Shown here piece after piece: positions 14,501 to 22,934 of a stretch of 24,116 bases of DNA. A model generated the notes under the pieces. It was not told where the DNA came from. It saw nothing but the letters and a program-made list of their open reading frames with translations, and did no database searches. The stretch covers positions 1-24,116 of the IMG/VR virus record IMGVR_UViG_3300037465_000389. One strand, 5' to 3'. Positions within the stretch are counted from its first letter, which is position 1, and each line of letters starts with the position of its first letter. Source of the DNA: a virus. Its lineage: Duplodnaviria; Caudoviricetes. A program made the position numbers and the translations under genes.

Positions 14501-16788
14501 TCAGGGGCGGCGTCAAACCGTGTGTAAACGAGATGATGTCCAAACTCGTGGGCAAGAGACTGTACAGGGGTAGTTGGAGACGTGGCAAATTCTTCTTCGC
14601 TAAGGTGTATGACAGAAACCGGCTCACCACCAATGAAAGCTACACCAAAGCCGCCTTTTGCGCGGCCGGGGGATCGACCAGTAAGGACAGTATACTGGCC
14701 GTCATCAATGAGAAGGATCTTCCTCTCCGGCGTAAATAGTTTATTCCACTCCGAGAGAATAGCTTGAAGCTCGCGATACCGCTCCATCAAGACACCATTG
14801 CTTACCCGAGCGATAACCGAGCCTGGCGGCGACGCTGCGAAGCGTTCGGCTAGGTTTTTGTAGTCGCCACTTTTTCCACCCGTCGTCCTAATAAGAGGGC
14901 TTAGCTCCGAGTCAGGGCGCAGAACTCCTCTTGTTATACTTGGCGCTCTAGGCTTTATAGTCCGTGGAGTAGCCGAAACTACAACGTCGGGGGGGCCTAT
15001 TACAAGAGTTGGAACAGACCGATCCGACTCAGTTGGTTGATATTTCCTTGCAAACCTCTCCTCGAGCTCCATGAGCTCTCGCTCCTCAGGCGAGGCGTAG
15101 CGGTCAACAAGCACATTCCGGATAGAGGCGGCCGCATCGGGAACAAGGGCTCTTCTTGCAAGGGCGCCTCCTTTGCCTTGAGCTATCCTGTCGTTTACAG
15201 GGGCGGTTTTGTGGCTTCCAACAACAAACCGGGTGATGTCGGGAGCACCCTCTTCGATTAGCGCATCGGCATAGACACCATACGGTGATGACGCGTAGAT
15301 AAAACGTGCAAGGTCTAGAAGCGCCTTCGAGGCCTTATCTGTTTTTCCGGTCAGCGTGGATATGGCTTGTCTAGCCCGACTTGTACTAGAGCGAATATCA
15401 TCGAGGATAGCAATGTACTCTGGCGTCCCCTGGACAGCTGCCTGCGCTCTTTTCACCAAATCCGCTTCAATCTGCTTAATCAGCTCCCCACGTTCCGCCG
15501 TTGTCGCTGTAAGTATGTCATATCTAGTGACTGACGTACCCTCGGCGAGGGGCTTACGGAGCGCGGGAAATGTATCCTTTGGTGCCGCCGGAGGCGGCAC
15601 TGCCGGAGCTGTGGAAGCTCCCGCCGTAGGAGAAGGTAGCGGGGGTAGTACCTCCGGAGGGGGTGACGAAGGCGACGGCGGAGTGGGTGACGGAGTGGGT
15701 GACGGAGGAACCTCGGCTGGAGGTGGCACCGTGGCAGACGGCGGGGTAGTCTCGGCCGGGGGTGGAGGCGGAGACTCAACAGGCGGCTCCGCCCCAGCCG
15801 GTGCCGACGGGGCTGTTGGTGGTGGGACTCCCTCGACGTAACCTCCTAGCGCCGGCGGAGGTCCAGCTGGCCCCTCGCGAGGCACTACGCCGCGACGCTC
15901 GCGCTGTGTTCCTCGGGCCAGCGGCGCTCCTACACCCCCGACAGCTCCGCCAGTCAAACCTCCCGCTATCGCTGCCGTCGCGACGCTCTCAAAGCGCCTG
16001 GCAACATCCGGGTTTTTTGTAGCGATCGCGGCGGTAAGTTCTTGGAGCGATTGTTGTGTCGCCTCGGTTGTCGCCTCGGTTCCAGCGGCTTTCGCAATCC
16101 TTCCTGCAATAAACTTGACAAGTCCTTTTTTCAACTCCGCTTTTGTTGCACCTGCTCCTACTCCAAGCAGGTCAAGCGGTAGGATTGCAGCGAGCGACGC
16201 AACATCTAGGGCCGACACAAGAGTTCCGACTGGAATGGCAATGCGACCGGCTAACTTCTTATTCACTCCTTCATCACGAAGTTGCCCATAGAGGTCGGCA
16301 TAGTTAAGCGCGAAGCTGCCAGCGAGTGCGCCACCTGCAGCAGCCGGACCAGCAACTGGTCGCCCGCCAGCAACGGCGGCAGCTCCACCCGTGGCGACTC
16401 CGCCAGCTGCTGGCGCAAGTGTTGAGGCGAGTCCGGACCCTAGCTGCTCGCCAGCAAAGGTAAGCATCCCCGCGAGGGTCGGCTCTTCTACAAGCTCACC
16501 CAGTGACACCGAGGGCTGAAATCCCGGATGCGGCTTCGCCTTTCGGATTGTTTCGGCGGCTGACTTAAGCTCCTCGCTATCGAGAGCCTCGCCAAAACCC
16601 TCATAGAAAGTCGCGAGCTGTCCGGGCGAACCCCTAAGCGTCTCTATAAAGCCTCGTGCAAGAGCGCCGGGTGCAGCGCCCCTAGGAGGCCCGTAAACAC
16701 CCCGAAGCGCAGCCGTTATCTGTGCAGGCTGCGCATCATCTGGAAAGAGATGTTGCGTACCGTCCGGGCCTGTAACAAGCTGGGTCAC
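11344..16788 (-). CDS. Large virion/DNA-ejection polyvalent protein (hydrophobic N-terminal helices, Pro-rich linker, zincin-like metallopeptidase, PLxRFG domain)
   Basis: 1814 aa, last gene of the structural arm. VTGPDGTQHLFPDD N-terminus, Gly/Ala hydrophobic stretches, LAHEFGHHL...NEFMAQ, YFPLARFGRW. Confidence 0.8.
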   Translation of the reverse strand: MTQLVTGPDGTQHLFPDDAQPAQITAALRGVYGPPRGAAPGALARGFIETLRGSPGQLATFYEGFGEALDSEELKSAAETIRKAKPHPGFQPSVSLGELVEEPTLAGMLTFAGEQLGSGLASTLAPAAGGVATGGAAAVAGGRPVAGPAAAGGALAGSFALNYADLYGQLRDEGVNKKLAGRIAIPVGTLVSALDVASLAAILPLDLLGVGAGATKAELKKGLVKFIAGRIAKAAGTEATTEATQQSLQELTAAIATKNPDVARRFESVATAAIAGGLTGGAVGGVGAPLARGTQRERRGVVPREGPAGPPPALGGYVEGVPPPTAPSAPAGAEPPVESPPPPPAETTPPSATVPPPAEVPPSPTPSPTPPSPSSPPPEVLPPLPSPTAGASTAPAVPPPAAPKDTFPALRKPLAEGTSVTRYDILTATTAERGELIKQIEADLVKRAQAAVQGTPEYIAILDDIRSSTSRARQAISTLTGKTDKASKALLDLARFIYASSPYGVYADALIEEGAPDITRFVVGSHKTAPVNDRIAQGKGGALARRALVPDAAASIRNVLVDRYASPEERELMELEERFARKYQPTESDRSVPTLVIGPPDVVVSATPRTIKPRAPSITRGVLRPDSELSPLIRTTGGKSGDYKNLAERFAASPPGSVIARVSNGVLMERYRELQAILSEWNKLFTPERKILLIDDGQYTVLTGRSPGRAKGGFGVAFIGGEPVSVIHLSEEEFATSPTTPVQSLAHEFGHHLVYTRFDAAPERVSTAIRTEYYRWFKEGAERIRSLTTRASAPFVPFEIRPGQDPHWYEYTLSFNEFMAQQFARYMAKKLYASAGQKSKLGRFLSRVITDLEKFFSTVLHELWKPRESFEEWIDILLQEASYFEDALNFLPEPWMTSSSDSVNGFQRLAQQSPEDWRPIHDARDKFGWLIRYVTTILQLARLNPHIPGLQEYVSLTQDWWAYKSKFTSRADEVLTQWRKLGRGRSDRLGRFLFELTLRSEELARRLSLDEVREIAGRYALDLHMQELFLSIDKTFRDFLEEMYSIALEDIQRIWAGRLNSPEFLAIKKALDDDFSRLRNRNYFPLARFGRWTISVRATKDLVWNGKEFRKGSLVNFETYEKSRLADARLSDIRREFPSSDFRVTKALADEKTFVFQGLPPAVVEMMENELGLTPEQRIQLTEIFTRLSPSVSFRKHLLKRKGIAGFAQEAERAFANYFLHGSNHLARMKYFRAMREAVDSVTLEVPTDATDVDLSKRDEIRQALDRHYDFLMTPRNELEALRGFVFTWFFFGNVKAAVVNLTQVPMFTYPWLAARHGGIGKGDVRAVAAIAQAIKDVPRALRKPETLKAWEWELIRKADEGGFLNESYAQEVAAQAKGNLLTRNLAVSGPGHVMAKITRFGVAPFAAAELVNRRITYLAAIRLRLQDDPSLIESETGRNILFEYGREAVQATQFEYAKFNRMELARGKKAVFFIFKTYLQHALFFALTDPGRWRYLGMLLVLAGLQGLPGADDLLDLYDAAATTIGYAGGLRNPHSDVRKDLREIFQELGEDPDSLMHGLGRETFGLAGLDLGLGVPIPALDFSGSLGLGRIVPGMEGVLKAATAGAVGARIDLNDFLVRLGTDVGGAAFGVGADLLLGLTATDTPLMQRIERVVPAGIRSVIRASRYWNEGEAQNFRGDRLVRFDPNDPEDMAEIVGQFLSMQPTRISQVYERQIAQREAAIFYTSWREGLLADFAIARASGEREAMSDVRKGIARFNRQVPPPLRISGDDLAASLRSRVKNKRLRELGLPSAKRLLGLYREIGAAYPVNEE
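15560..15870 (-). repeat. Pro-rich low-complexity linker with GGAGTGGGTGAC tandem repeat
   Basis: PPPTAPSAPAGAEPPVESPPPPPAETTPPSATVPPPAEVPPSPTPSPTPPSPSSPPP. Confidence 0.8.
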
Positions 16789-17495
16789 TTCCTTACAAGC
16801 TCCCCTTTCTCGTTATAGATCCACTCTACAGTCGGCGCACTCGAGGGCGCCGCTCCGCCGATCCTGGCGCCCAAGCCTACACCGGCAGCCATTTGATTGA
16901 AGCGCTGCTCGAACCATCCGGGCGGGAGCCCCTCTTCGCTCGTGTAAAGGAGGTTGTTCGCCTCGGCCGAGACGGCATCGAAGACCGAGTCGATAAGGAT
17001 GATCTCGTCTCGACGACCCTCGCGCGCAAGCTTCTGTCTCTCGATCTCAAGCTCGTTCGCAGCCTTTTGCCTATCGAACTCCAACTGCTGACGAAATTGC
17101 GCGCCGCGCTGTTGGAGCGCCGCCTCGTCCACACTAACTTGACGCTCCCGGGCAGCCGTCTCCCTAGTCTTGAGAGCTAGCTCCTGCGCCTCTTGCGCCG
17201 CCTTCCTTTCTCTCTCGCGTCGAGCAGTCTGAACTTCTGCGAGTGTCCCGAGGGCGGCAAGACCCTGAACCGGCGCGCCAAGCAGTTGTGCCACCGTTGA
17301 CTGGCCCCGCCGAGGATTGAGGAGCGCACTACCAGTTGCGATCAAAAATAACGCTGCCCTCGGATCGTTCTGAAGTGATGTGAGTATCTGGCGCCACCTA
17401 GAGGTGTTCGCGTCCTCTGGCTTCGCCGCTTGAGGGAGTGCCGCTGCCACCCCTGGCAGAGGCGCAGTCGAAGTTGGCGGAGGTGCCATTGCCAT
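16785..17495 (-). CDS. Putative DNA ejection / internal virion protein with coiled coil
   Basis: Hydrophobic ALFLIATGSALL segment followed by an E/R/Q/A coiled coil; lies just upstream of the giant protein. Confidence 0.65.
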   Translation of the reverse strand: MAMAPPPTSTAPLPGVAAALPQAAKPEDANTSRWRQILTSLQNDPRAALFLIATGSALLNPRRGQSTVAQLLGAPVQGLAALGTLAEVQTARRERERKAAQEAQELALKTRETAARERQVSVDEAALQQRGAQFRQQLEFDRQKAANELEIERQKLAREGRRDEIILIDSVFDAVSAEANNLLYTSEEGLPPGWFEQRFNQMAAGVGLGARIGGAAPSSAPTVEWIYNEKGELVRK

Positions 17496-17830
17496 CAGAG
17501 CCCTTCTAGGAGAGAGAGGAGCTGTCCAATCTCTGGTGGTGCCGGCATAGCTCGGAAGCCACCCCCACCGAGGTTTCCAAAGTTGAACAGAGGGGCCGGT
17601 TGAGGAGCTCGGGGCACCCCAACGAAGCTCGAGAGGATCTGCCCGAGACTCGACGCAGGCACGATGGCTGGGAACTGCGCAACCTGCTCCGGTGTGAAGA
17701 ACTTGTTGCTCGCCGGAACCTTCTTTGGAAACTTCGGCCCAGTTGGACCCGGCGGCTCAGGGGGCTTCGGCGGACCCGGGGGCTCCGGTCCAGTGCCTCC
17801 CGGCCTATCGCTTCCAGGACCTTGTGGCAT
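17495..17830 (-). CDS. Pro/Gly-rich hypothetical protein (possible ejection protein)
   Basis: AGGAG RBS; TGATG coupling to the next gene; disordered composition. Confidence 0.6.
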   Translation of the reverse strand: MPQGPGSDRPGGTGPEPPGPPKPPEPPGPTGPKFPKKVPASNKFFTPEQVAQFPAIVPASSLGQILSSFVGVPRAPQPAPLFNFGNLGGGGFRAMPAPPEIGQLLSLLEGL

Positions 17831-17842
17831 TTCTCGTCTCCT

Positions 17843-18652
17843 CTAGCTAAGTGCGCCTATATTGCGCAGATACGCAATCAACCCGGCGGGCGCTTCGGCA
17901 GCAACCGGAAGTGTCGCAGGGAACAGCGTGCCCTGCATTCCGGTTCCGCCCGATCCCACAGTCGGTGCCGGTAGTGTTGGCTCGGCCGGCGCGAGGGCTT
18001 GAAGTGCGGAGAGTGCAACAGCGAGGTCATCAAAGCCGCCCTTCTCTTCCTTTTCTCGCGGAGGGGGCTTGCGTGTCTGCCCACCTTTGTCTGGACCGCT
18101 GCTGGCAGCCCTTTGCGGGGGAAAGGCTGGAAGGGGTGGAATGTCCCGAATTGGGACGTCCACAACGCCCGTTGCCGGGGCTACGGTGCCCGACGGCGCG
18201 GGCGCGGGTGCGGCCGGCATCCCCGGTGCGGGTGCGCCCGCAATGGCCACCACGGGTGGCCGGACGGCCGGCGGTGGCCCGTCTACGGACGGACCGCCCG
18301 CCGTGTTACCGACAATCGCCCCCAAGAGAACCTCTTGAAGTAGGGGAGTGAGGTCAGGGGGACTCGCTTGAGCCCCACCCGCTCCAACCATGACAGCCTG
18401 GGCTGGAAGAGCAATTCCCGAAGGACTTGTCCCTGCTGGAAAGTGTGGGGCCATAGCGGTTTGCCCGGCGAGAAGCGCCCCAAGTTCTGGGCGTCCGGCC
18501 TGGGGAGGACCGCCAACAATCTCCCATGGAAGCGGTCCCTCCGGCGCCGACGTCGAGCTTCCAAGAAGTTGAACAGCCCTCTCGAAGAGCTCCGGCACCT
18601 GAAGACGCTCGATAAGGCGCTTGATCTGATCCTCGATTGTATACTCAGCCAT
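17843..18652 (-). CDS. Pro/Ala-rich hypothetical protein (possible ejection protein)
   Basis: GAGG RBS; fits between neighbours in the ejection cluster. Confidence 0.65.
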   Translation of the reverse strand: MAEYTIEDQIKRLIERLQVPELFERAVQLLGSSTSAPEGPLPWEIVGGPPQAGRPELGALLAGQTAMAPHFPAGTSPSGIALPAQAVMVGAGGAQASPPDLTPLLQEVLLGAIVGNTAGGPSVDGPPPAVRPPVVAIAGAPAPGMPAAPAPAPSGTVAPATGVVDVPIRDIPPLPAFPPQRAASSGPDKGGQTRKPPPREKEEKGGFDDLAVALSALQALAPAEPTLPAPTVGSGGTGMQGTLFPATLPVAAEAPAGLIAYLRNIGALS

Positions 18653-18661
18653 CGTCTGCCT

Positions 18662-19549
18662 CTACCCGCCAAGAGCCCCCAGAAGGCCCAAGAGCGCCCC
18701 GACACCAAGGCCCCAAGGCCCAGCGTTTGCGAACGCCGGGATTGCCTCACCAAGCGCCCCCGCCGTTCCAAGGCCGGTGAGTGCGCCGCCAAGCGCTCCC
18801 ATGAGTGGATTAAGCCCAGCGCCTGTCGTCGTGGACGCGCCCTGACCGCCGAAGTTCCCCATGACCTTTCCAGCATATTCAGCGAGCTTCTGGTAGGGAA
18901 GGCTCTGCTGGAAGTTGTAGCGGGCAACTTGGTCGTTGATAAGCTGCTGGACCATACCTCGTTGCGCCTCACCAACCCCGGCCGTCAGCGATGCGGGAAG
19001 CGTCTGCAGCGAAGCAACCTGTGGCGATAGTGCAAGTCCCTTCACAAGAGCGTCCAAGCCACTTCGATATGCCTCGTTGTAAATGCCAGCAGTCGTATCG
19101 AGTCCTGCCTGCGACGCCCGTTCGATAGCCTGAGCCTCAGCAATTCCTTGCCGAGACGAGCCGACATTCCCCGCCGCAACCGCCCCAGACCGGATCGCCG
19201 GGAGGGTGCTCTCTCGAAGCTCGGTAAAGATCGGGCGAACAGCCCCCCGAGCTGCCGCAGCCAAGGCTGCGTTGTGGCGGGGATCCAGAACCGGACCACT
19301 CAGGAAATTGAGCGTTCCCGCGGCCTGACGAGCAACGTCACTCACAGGCCCCTGTGCAGTCCGAAGTAATTGCCTTTGCGCTGATCGCTCGACTGGCGTA
19401 AAGGGCGCAACCGTGAGACCAGGATACGCCGCGGGACCCTCCGAATAGAAGAGACGCTTCGCGTGCCGGAAAACGTCCTCGATGAAGGGCTTTTGGAACT
19501 CAGGGGGCTCTGCGTTCTGCGTAACAGTTTGCGTGCCACCACCCCTCAT
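18662..19549 (-). CDS. DNA ejection / pilot protein (P22 gp7-like position and architecture)
   Basis: MRGGGTQTVTQNAEPPEFQKPF N-terminus, GSSRQGIAE motif, LPYQKL..Y, C-terminal glycine-zipper hydrophobic helices. Confidence 0.75.
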   Translation of the reverse strand: MRGGGTQTVTQNAEPPEFQKPFIEDVFRHAKRLFYSEGPAAYPGLTVAPFTPVERSAQRQLLRTAQGPVSDVARQAAGTLNFLSGPVLDPRHNAALAAAARGAVRPIFTELRESTLPAIRSGAVAAGNVGSSRQGIAEAQAIERASQAGLDTTAGIYNEAYRSGLDALVKGLALSPQVASLQTLPASLTAGVGEAQRGMVQQLINDQVARYNFQQSLPYQKLAEYAGKVMGNFGGQGASTTTGAGLNPLMGALGGALTGLGTAGALGEAIPAFANAGPWGLGVGALLGLLGALGG

Positions 19550-19552
19550 CGT

Positions 19553-19960
19553 CTAGCACTCCCGTGAGAACTGCATCCGTACCCCAACTGTACGGAAGCC
19601 CATTTTCTGAAGCCGACGCTGCATACCAACTCGTTTAACGTCAGCCAGCAACTTCGGAGTGTTGTTAGCCAGAGCGTATTCGTGTATGACCCTCAAAGCC
19701 TCCTTTTCCCACAGAGGAAGACTCCTTCCTACCACGGCCTCTACGTAGAGTCCTCTCCGTTGCAGGGTTGTTACGCCGATGCCAAGCAACTCTCGTCCAT
19801 CTCTAACCGCTGCCCAAAGCTGACACTCCCCTTGCATGATCCGCCCAATGAGTTCAAGACTGTCGATCTCGTCGCCCTCGAAAACTACGTCAAGCCACGA
19901 CTTGACCAAAGGAACAAACTCCTCGGAGCCTCTAAGTTGTACGGCCTTAATCTCTATCAT
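19553..19960 (-). CDS. GNAT-fold-like virion morphogenesis protein
   Basis: Probable start MIEIKAV at 19960 (ATGA overlap). GECQLW, LYVEAVVG, EYALANN..LL...R.G..R.L...GF pattern; lies between the nozzle and ejection genes. Confidence 0.65.
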   Translation of the reverse strand: MIEIKAVQLRGSEEFVPLVKSWLDVVFEGDEIDSLELIGRIMQGECQLWAAVRDGRELLGIGVTTLQRRGLYVEAVVGRSLPLWEKEALRVIHEYALANNTPKLLADVKRVGMQRRLQKMGFRTVGVRMQFSREC

Positions 19961-20232
19961 CCCCACATATCGTCGTGAAAGAGTATCTTCTTCCACGCTC
20001 CTCCAGAGTATTGATAAAGGCCCCTTCCAAAGCCGGGGTTCCAATCCGTCCCATCAGCAAAGCGGATCATGAGCTCGTGGCGCTTCGAGGGCTCTGCGTG
20101 TGTCTCCACAAAGAAGCTCCGGTGGATCTCCTCGATTTGAGCATGCAAGAGTGGCGTTGCGTCGCGTAAGTATTTAACGACTTCGTCATTCTTCCGTGGC
20201 AGATGCTTATTGAGCTGGAGATTGTGAGTCAT
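19957..20232 (-). CDS. Small conserved tail-associated protein (91 aa)
   Basis: EPSK....MIRFADGTDWNPGFGRGLYQYSGGAW motif; directly after the nozzle gene with ATGA overlaps. Confidence 0.7.
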   Translation of the reverse strand: MTHNLQLNKHLPRKNDEVVKYLRDATPLLHAQIEEIHRSFFVETHAEPSKRHELMIRFADGTDWNPGFGRGLYQYSGGAWKKILFHDDMWG

Positions 20233-21827
20233 CCGCCCCTCTTTCCGGAAATCTCAAGCTCAACGTCGTAGCCTAAGAGGCTCCAGTCCACCCCAGAGCT
20301 CTCTGCAAAGCGATAGCTGATCAACCGGCCTTGAACTAGTGGGTTGATGAACTCATCCTCGCCTACATGAAATGTTATGGGTCCTTCCCATGCTATTGGC
20401 TCTCCAGAACTCATCTGCGTCCCGATCGAGATTTCGATTTTCGTCCCACGGGTCGCCTCAATACGAGGCCACAAAGCTCGGATAAACTTGAGCGATGTTG
20501 GATCATATCGAGGTGTTCCATCATTCTTCACGCCCACAAGGGAGCACTGGCGCCTCTCTAGATAGCTTTCGTAAGCAACTCCGGCCTCGTCAAGGAAACG
20601 AGACTCGTCGTGCTGCACAAGCTCGAGCCCAGGGCCGTCTCCGTAAATAATGGCGTCGCCAAAGGCTGCAAAGCTAGGATCATCCCACTGGAGAATTGAC
20701 TCTCCATCCCACGTAACGCTATCGGCCTCCCACGAGTCACTCGCCCCGCCGGGGCCAAACTGGGAGCTCTGCACCGAGAGAACACCGGCAGGAAGCTCCT
20801 TGAAGGTCCATGTGTTACTCTGCCAGTTCCACACAGCGGCCTTGTTGAGGTATTCCGATCCATTCGAGGGATAGCAAAAGAGCATCTCAGAACGAGGATG
20901 GTTCTCCACAAGCGTAGACCGGAATGCATAGCTGGGGTCGATATCGGAGAACAGGGCTCGTCGGTTCCTGGCGTCAATCACCGTCTCGGCGTTGACGCCA
21001 TCGTGAATAAGGACGTCGTCATCCGTAACCACAAGGTGCTTACCCTTAAGTTCCCGTACGCAATCCTGAGCGAGTGCGCCAAACTCGCCGAATGCTGTAC
21101 GGAACAGAAAGATATTGGCATCGCCGGAAGATTGCATCAAGTGGACCGATCCGGCCTTGTAAATTACAAAGGCTTCCCCAAGCTGAACACCGTCTACAAT
21201 AGCCGAAAGCTCTTCAGCTAGAGGAACTTCCCCAGCGTCAACACTTGCGTTCGTCACATCCCACGACGAAGGGACAGTTCCTGGATCAGCTGTATGACTC
21301 CACAGGACTAAAGCTGGATAACTCACCCCGCTCTTGGTTATGTCCATAGCTATCAAATAGGCCTTGTAAGGGCGAATTATCTTCGCCCGGTGCGTAGAAG
21401 GCCAGTTTGGCAAGTTAGCTAGCGGACTTCCCAGCGCCGGACTCGCCCAATACTGAGGCACATCCGCGCCGTTATTTAGCACAGGCACCCCATTGAGAAC
21501 CCCACCATTCCACCGCTGAGTAGTGGTCATGGTGTAGTCACCGCCAGAGGTCCTAGTGATGTCCCCGACATTAGGGCCAAGAATAGCATAGACCTTAGTC
21601 AAGCCGCCATAGACCCAGAAGTTCTGCGTAAGAACTTTCATTGGCAGGAGCGAGTACGGTGCAATAGTTGTGCCGCTTTTGAAAACCTTGGAGCCAGCTG
21701 CCTTTCGCGCCCGACCATCATAGAAACTCATATTCAGAGCGTCCGTCCAGGCCCCTGGCGGAAGCTCAGTAGAAGGGGCATCCTTTAGAACCCCATGTCT
21801 TGCAACATCATCTATAGAGATGAGCAT
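20229..21827 (-). CDS. Tail nozzle / packaged-DNA stabilisation protein (P22 gp10 / T7 gp12-like beta-propeller)
   Basis: 532 aa, beta-rich. GVLKD....ELPPGAWTDALN, VLWSH..DPG..P..WD, QGRLISYRF; follows the adaptor gene. Confidence 0.8.
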   Translation of the reverse strand: MLISIDDVARHGVLKDAPSTELPPGAWTDALNMSFYDGRARKAAGSKVFKSGTTIAPYSLLPMKVLTQNFWVYGGLTKVYAILGPNVGDITRTSGGDYTMTTTQRWNGGVLNGVPVLNNGADVPQYWASPALGSPLANLPNWPSTHRAKIIRPYKAYLIAMDITKSGVSYPALVLWSHTADPGTVPSSWDVTNASVDAGEVPLAEELSAIVDGVQLGEAFVIYKAGSVHLMQSSGDANIFLFRTAFGEFGALAQDCVRELKGKHLVVTDDDVLIHDGVNAETVIDARNRRALFSDIDPSYAFRSTLVENHPRSEMLFCYPSNGSEYLNKAAVWNWQSNTWTFKELPAGVLSVQSSQFGPGGASDSWEADSVTWDGESILQWDDPSFAAFGDAIIYGDGPGLELVQHDESRFLDEAGVAYESYLERRQCSLVGVKNDGTPRYDPTSLKFIRALWPRIEATRGTKIEISIGTQMSSGEPIAWEGPITFHVGEDEFINPLVQGRLISYRFAESSGVDWSLLGYDVELEISGKRGG

Positions 21828-21832
21828 GACGA

Positions 21833-22465
21833 TTACCCCCCAAGCTCACGAAGTCGGCCGGCCTCTCTCCGGGCGACGTTTTCCGTCGAGAGTCGTGCCA
21901 ATTCCGTTACCAAAGCCTCCTTGAAAAACACCTGTGCAGAGGCGTCTCGTAAGGTTCTCGCGACCGTTACACCCGCTTCAGAGATGAGGAGATCGGGATA
22001 ATGCTTGAGCCAAACATTCTCAACATTACTGGTGAGAGCGGTGGCCTTCGCGTAGTAGTAAAGAACGAGCGAATACGCTGCATCCGGCGTCGGGAAAAGG
22101 TACAAACTGGACTCCCCTAAAAGGTCGTAGTTTTCGGGAAGGGCGTTGTCAGTATCCTCGTCAACGCGCTTTGTGTGGAAATCGACAAAGTCCATCGCGA
22201 CAAGATGATGCTCTGTCCCCTCGGCGTCTACAACCCAGAAACCCCAATCGATATTCTCACGAAGAAAGTCACTTGGAAGCGTAACGCTATCAATACCGGA
22301 GGTAGTTGAGACGCTTGTGTCACGTTTCGTGAGAAACCATGGAAGCTCTGGAAGCTTCTCAAGGCGATCCTGGGCTGCCCGAAGCTCCAAGAGAAGAGCC
22401 TCATCGTGCCCCCGCAGATTACCCAGCCGGAAGCGAAGAAGATCGAGCGCTTCGTCCCTTGTCAT
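21833..22465 (-). CDS. Head-tail adaptor / tail tubular protein A-like
   Basis: 210 aa: MTRDEALDLLRFRLG, AQDRLE, LPSDFL, LYLFPTPDAAY, NVWLKHYPDLLI; upstream of the nozzle gene. Confidence 0.8.
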   Translation of the reverse strand: MTRDEALDLLRFRLGNLRGHDEALLLELRAAQDRLEKLPELPWFLTKRDTSVSTTSGIDSVTLPSDFLRENIDWGFWVVDAEGTEHHLVAMDFVDFHTKRVDEDTDNALPENYDLLGESSLYLFPTPDAAYSLVLYYYAKATALTSNVENVWLKHYPDLLISEAGVTVARTLRDASAQVFFKEALVTELARLSTENVARREAGRLRELGG

Positions 22466-22749
22466 ATAGCGGACTCCAGTACGTCGAAGAAGGACTCTTG
22501 AGCTCCAGGGTTTGTACCCGTAGCCTCAGCTCGCCAGTAGTGCTGCCCGGACTGATCCACTGTCCAGTCAACGTAATAGTCGCCGACACCGGCTTTCACA
22601 AGCTCAGCGTGCGTCCCGTACACATACGTCGTGAGGGTCCCGTCGGGTTCCCTCATCTTAAAGGTGAGCGTCGTAGGGTCCGCTGCAACAAACGTGATAC
22701 TCTTGATGCGGATACGGAGCCTGAGAACTGAGCCTGGCCAGATTTTCAT
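22462..22749 (-). CDS. Small Ig-like beta-sandwich virion protein
   Basis: Probable start MKIWPG at 22749 (GGGAG RBS, ATGA overlap); ADPTTLTFKMREPDG, GDYYVDW, GQHYWRAEATG. Confidence 0.7.
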   Translation of the reverse strand: MKIWPGSVLRLRIRIKSITFVAADPTTLTFKMREPDGTLTTYVYGTHAELVKAGVGDYYVDWTVDQSGQHYWRAEATGTNPGAQESFFDVLESAI

Positions 22750-22931
22750 GTCGGCGGCTCCCACCAAAGGGTATACGTAGCGAGCAACTCATCTTCGAGC
22801 GAAAGCTTCGTGAGATGCTCAAATGAAAGTGTAGGGCGTGCGATAGACACTTGCGGAGCAGGTGTAGCCCCCACCTTCGGAAAGTACCGCGGTGCGAAAT
22901 AGTCGTCTGCAAAGAAGCGAACAGGAAACAT
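22746..22931 (-). CDS. 61-aa hypothetical protein with aromatic MFPVRFFADDYFAPRYFP N-terminus
   Basis: Fills the gap between two genes and is coupled to the downstream gene. Confidence 0.65.
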   Translation of the reverse strand: MFPVRFFADDYFAPRYFPKVGATPAPQVSIARPTLSFEHLTKLSLEDELLATYTLWWEPPT

Positions 22932-22934
22932 CTA

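Noticed and set aside
11798-16022. Numerous + strand ORFs opposite the giant virion gene
   Set aside because: They are antisense shadow ORFs typical of GC-rich coding DNA, with no motifs or convincing RBS.
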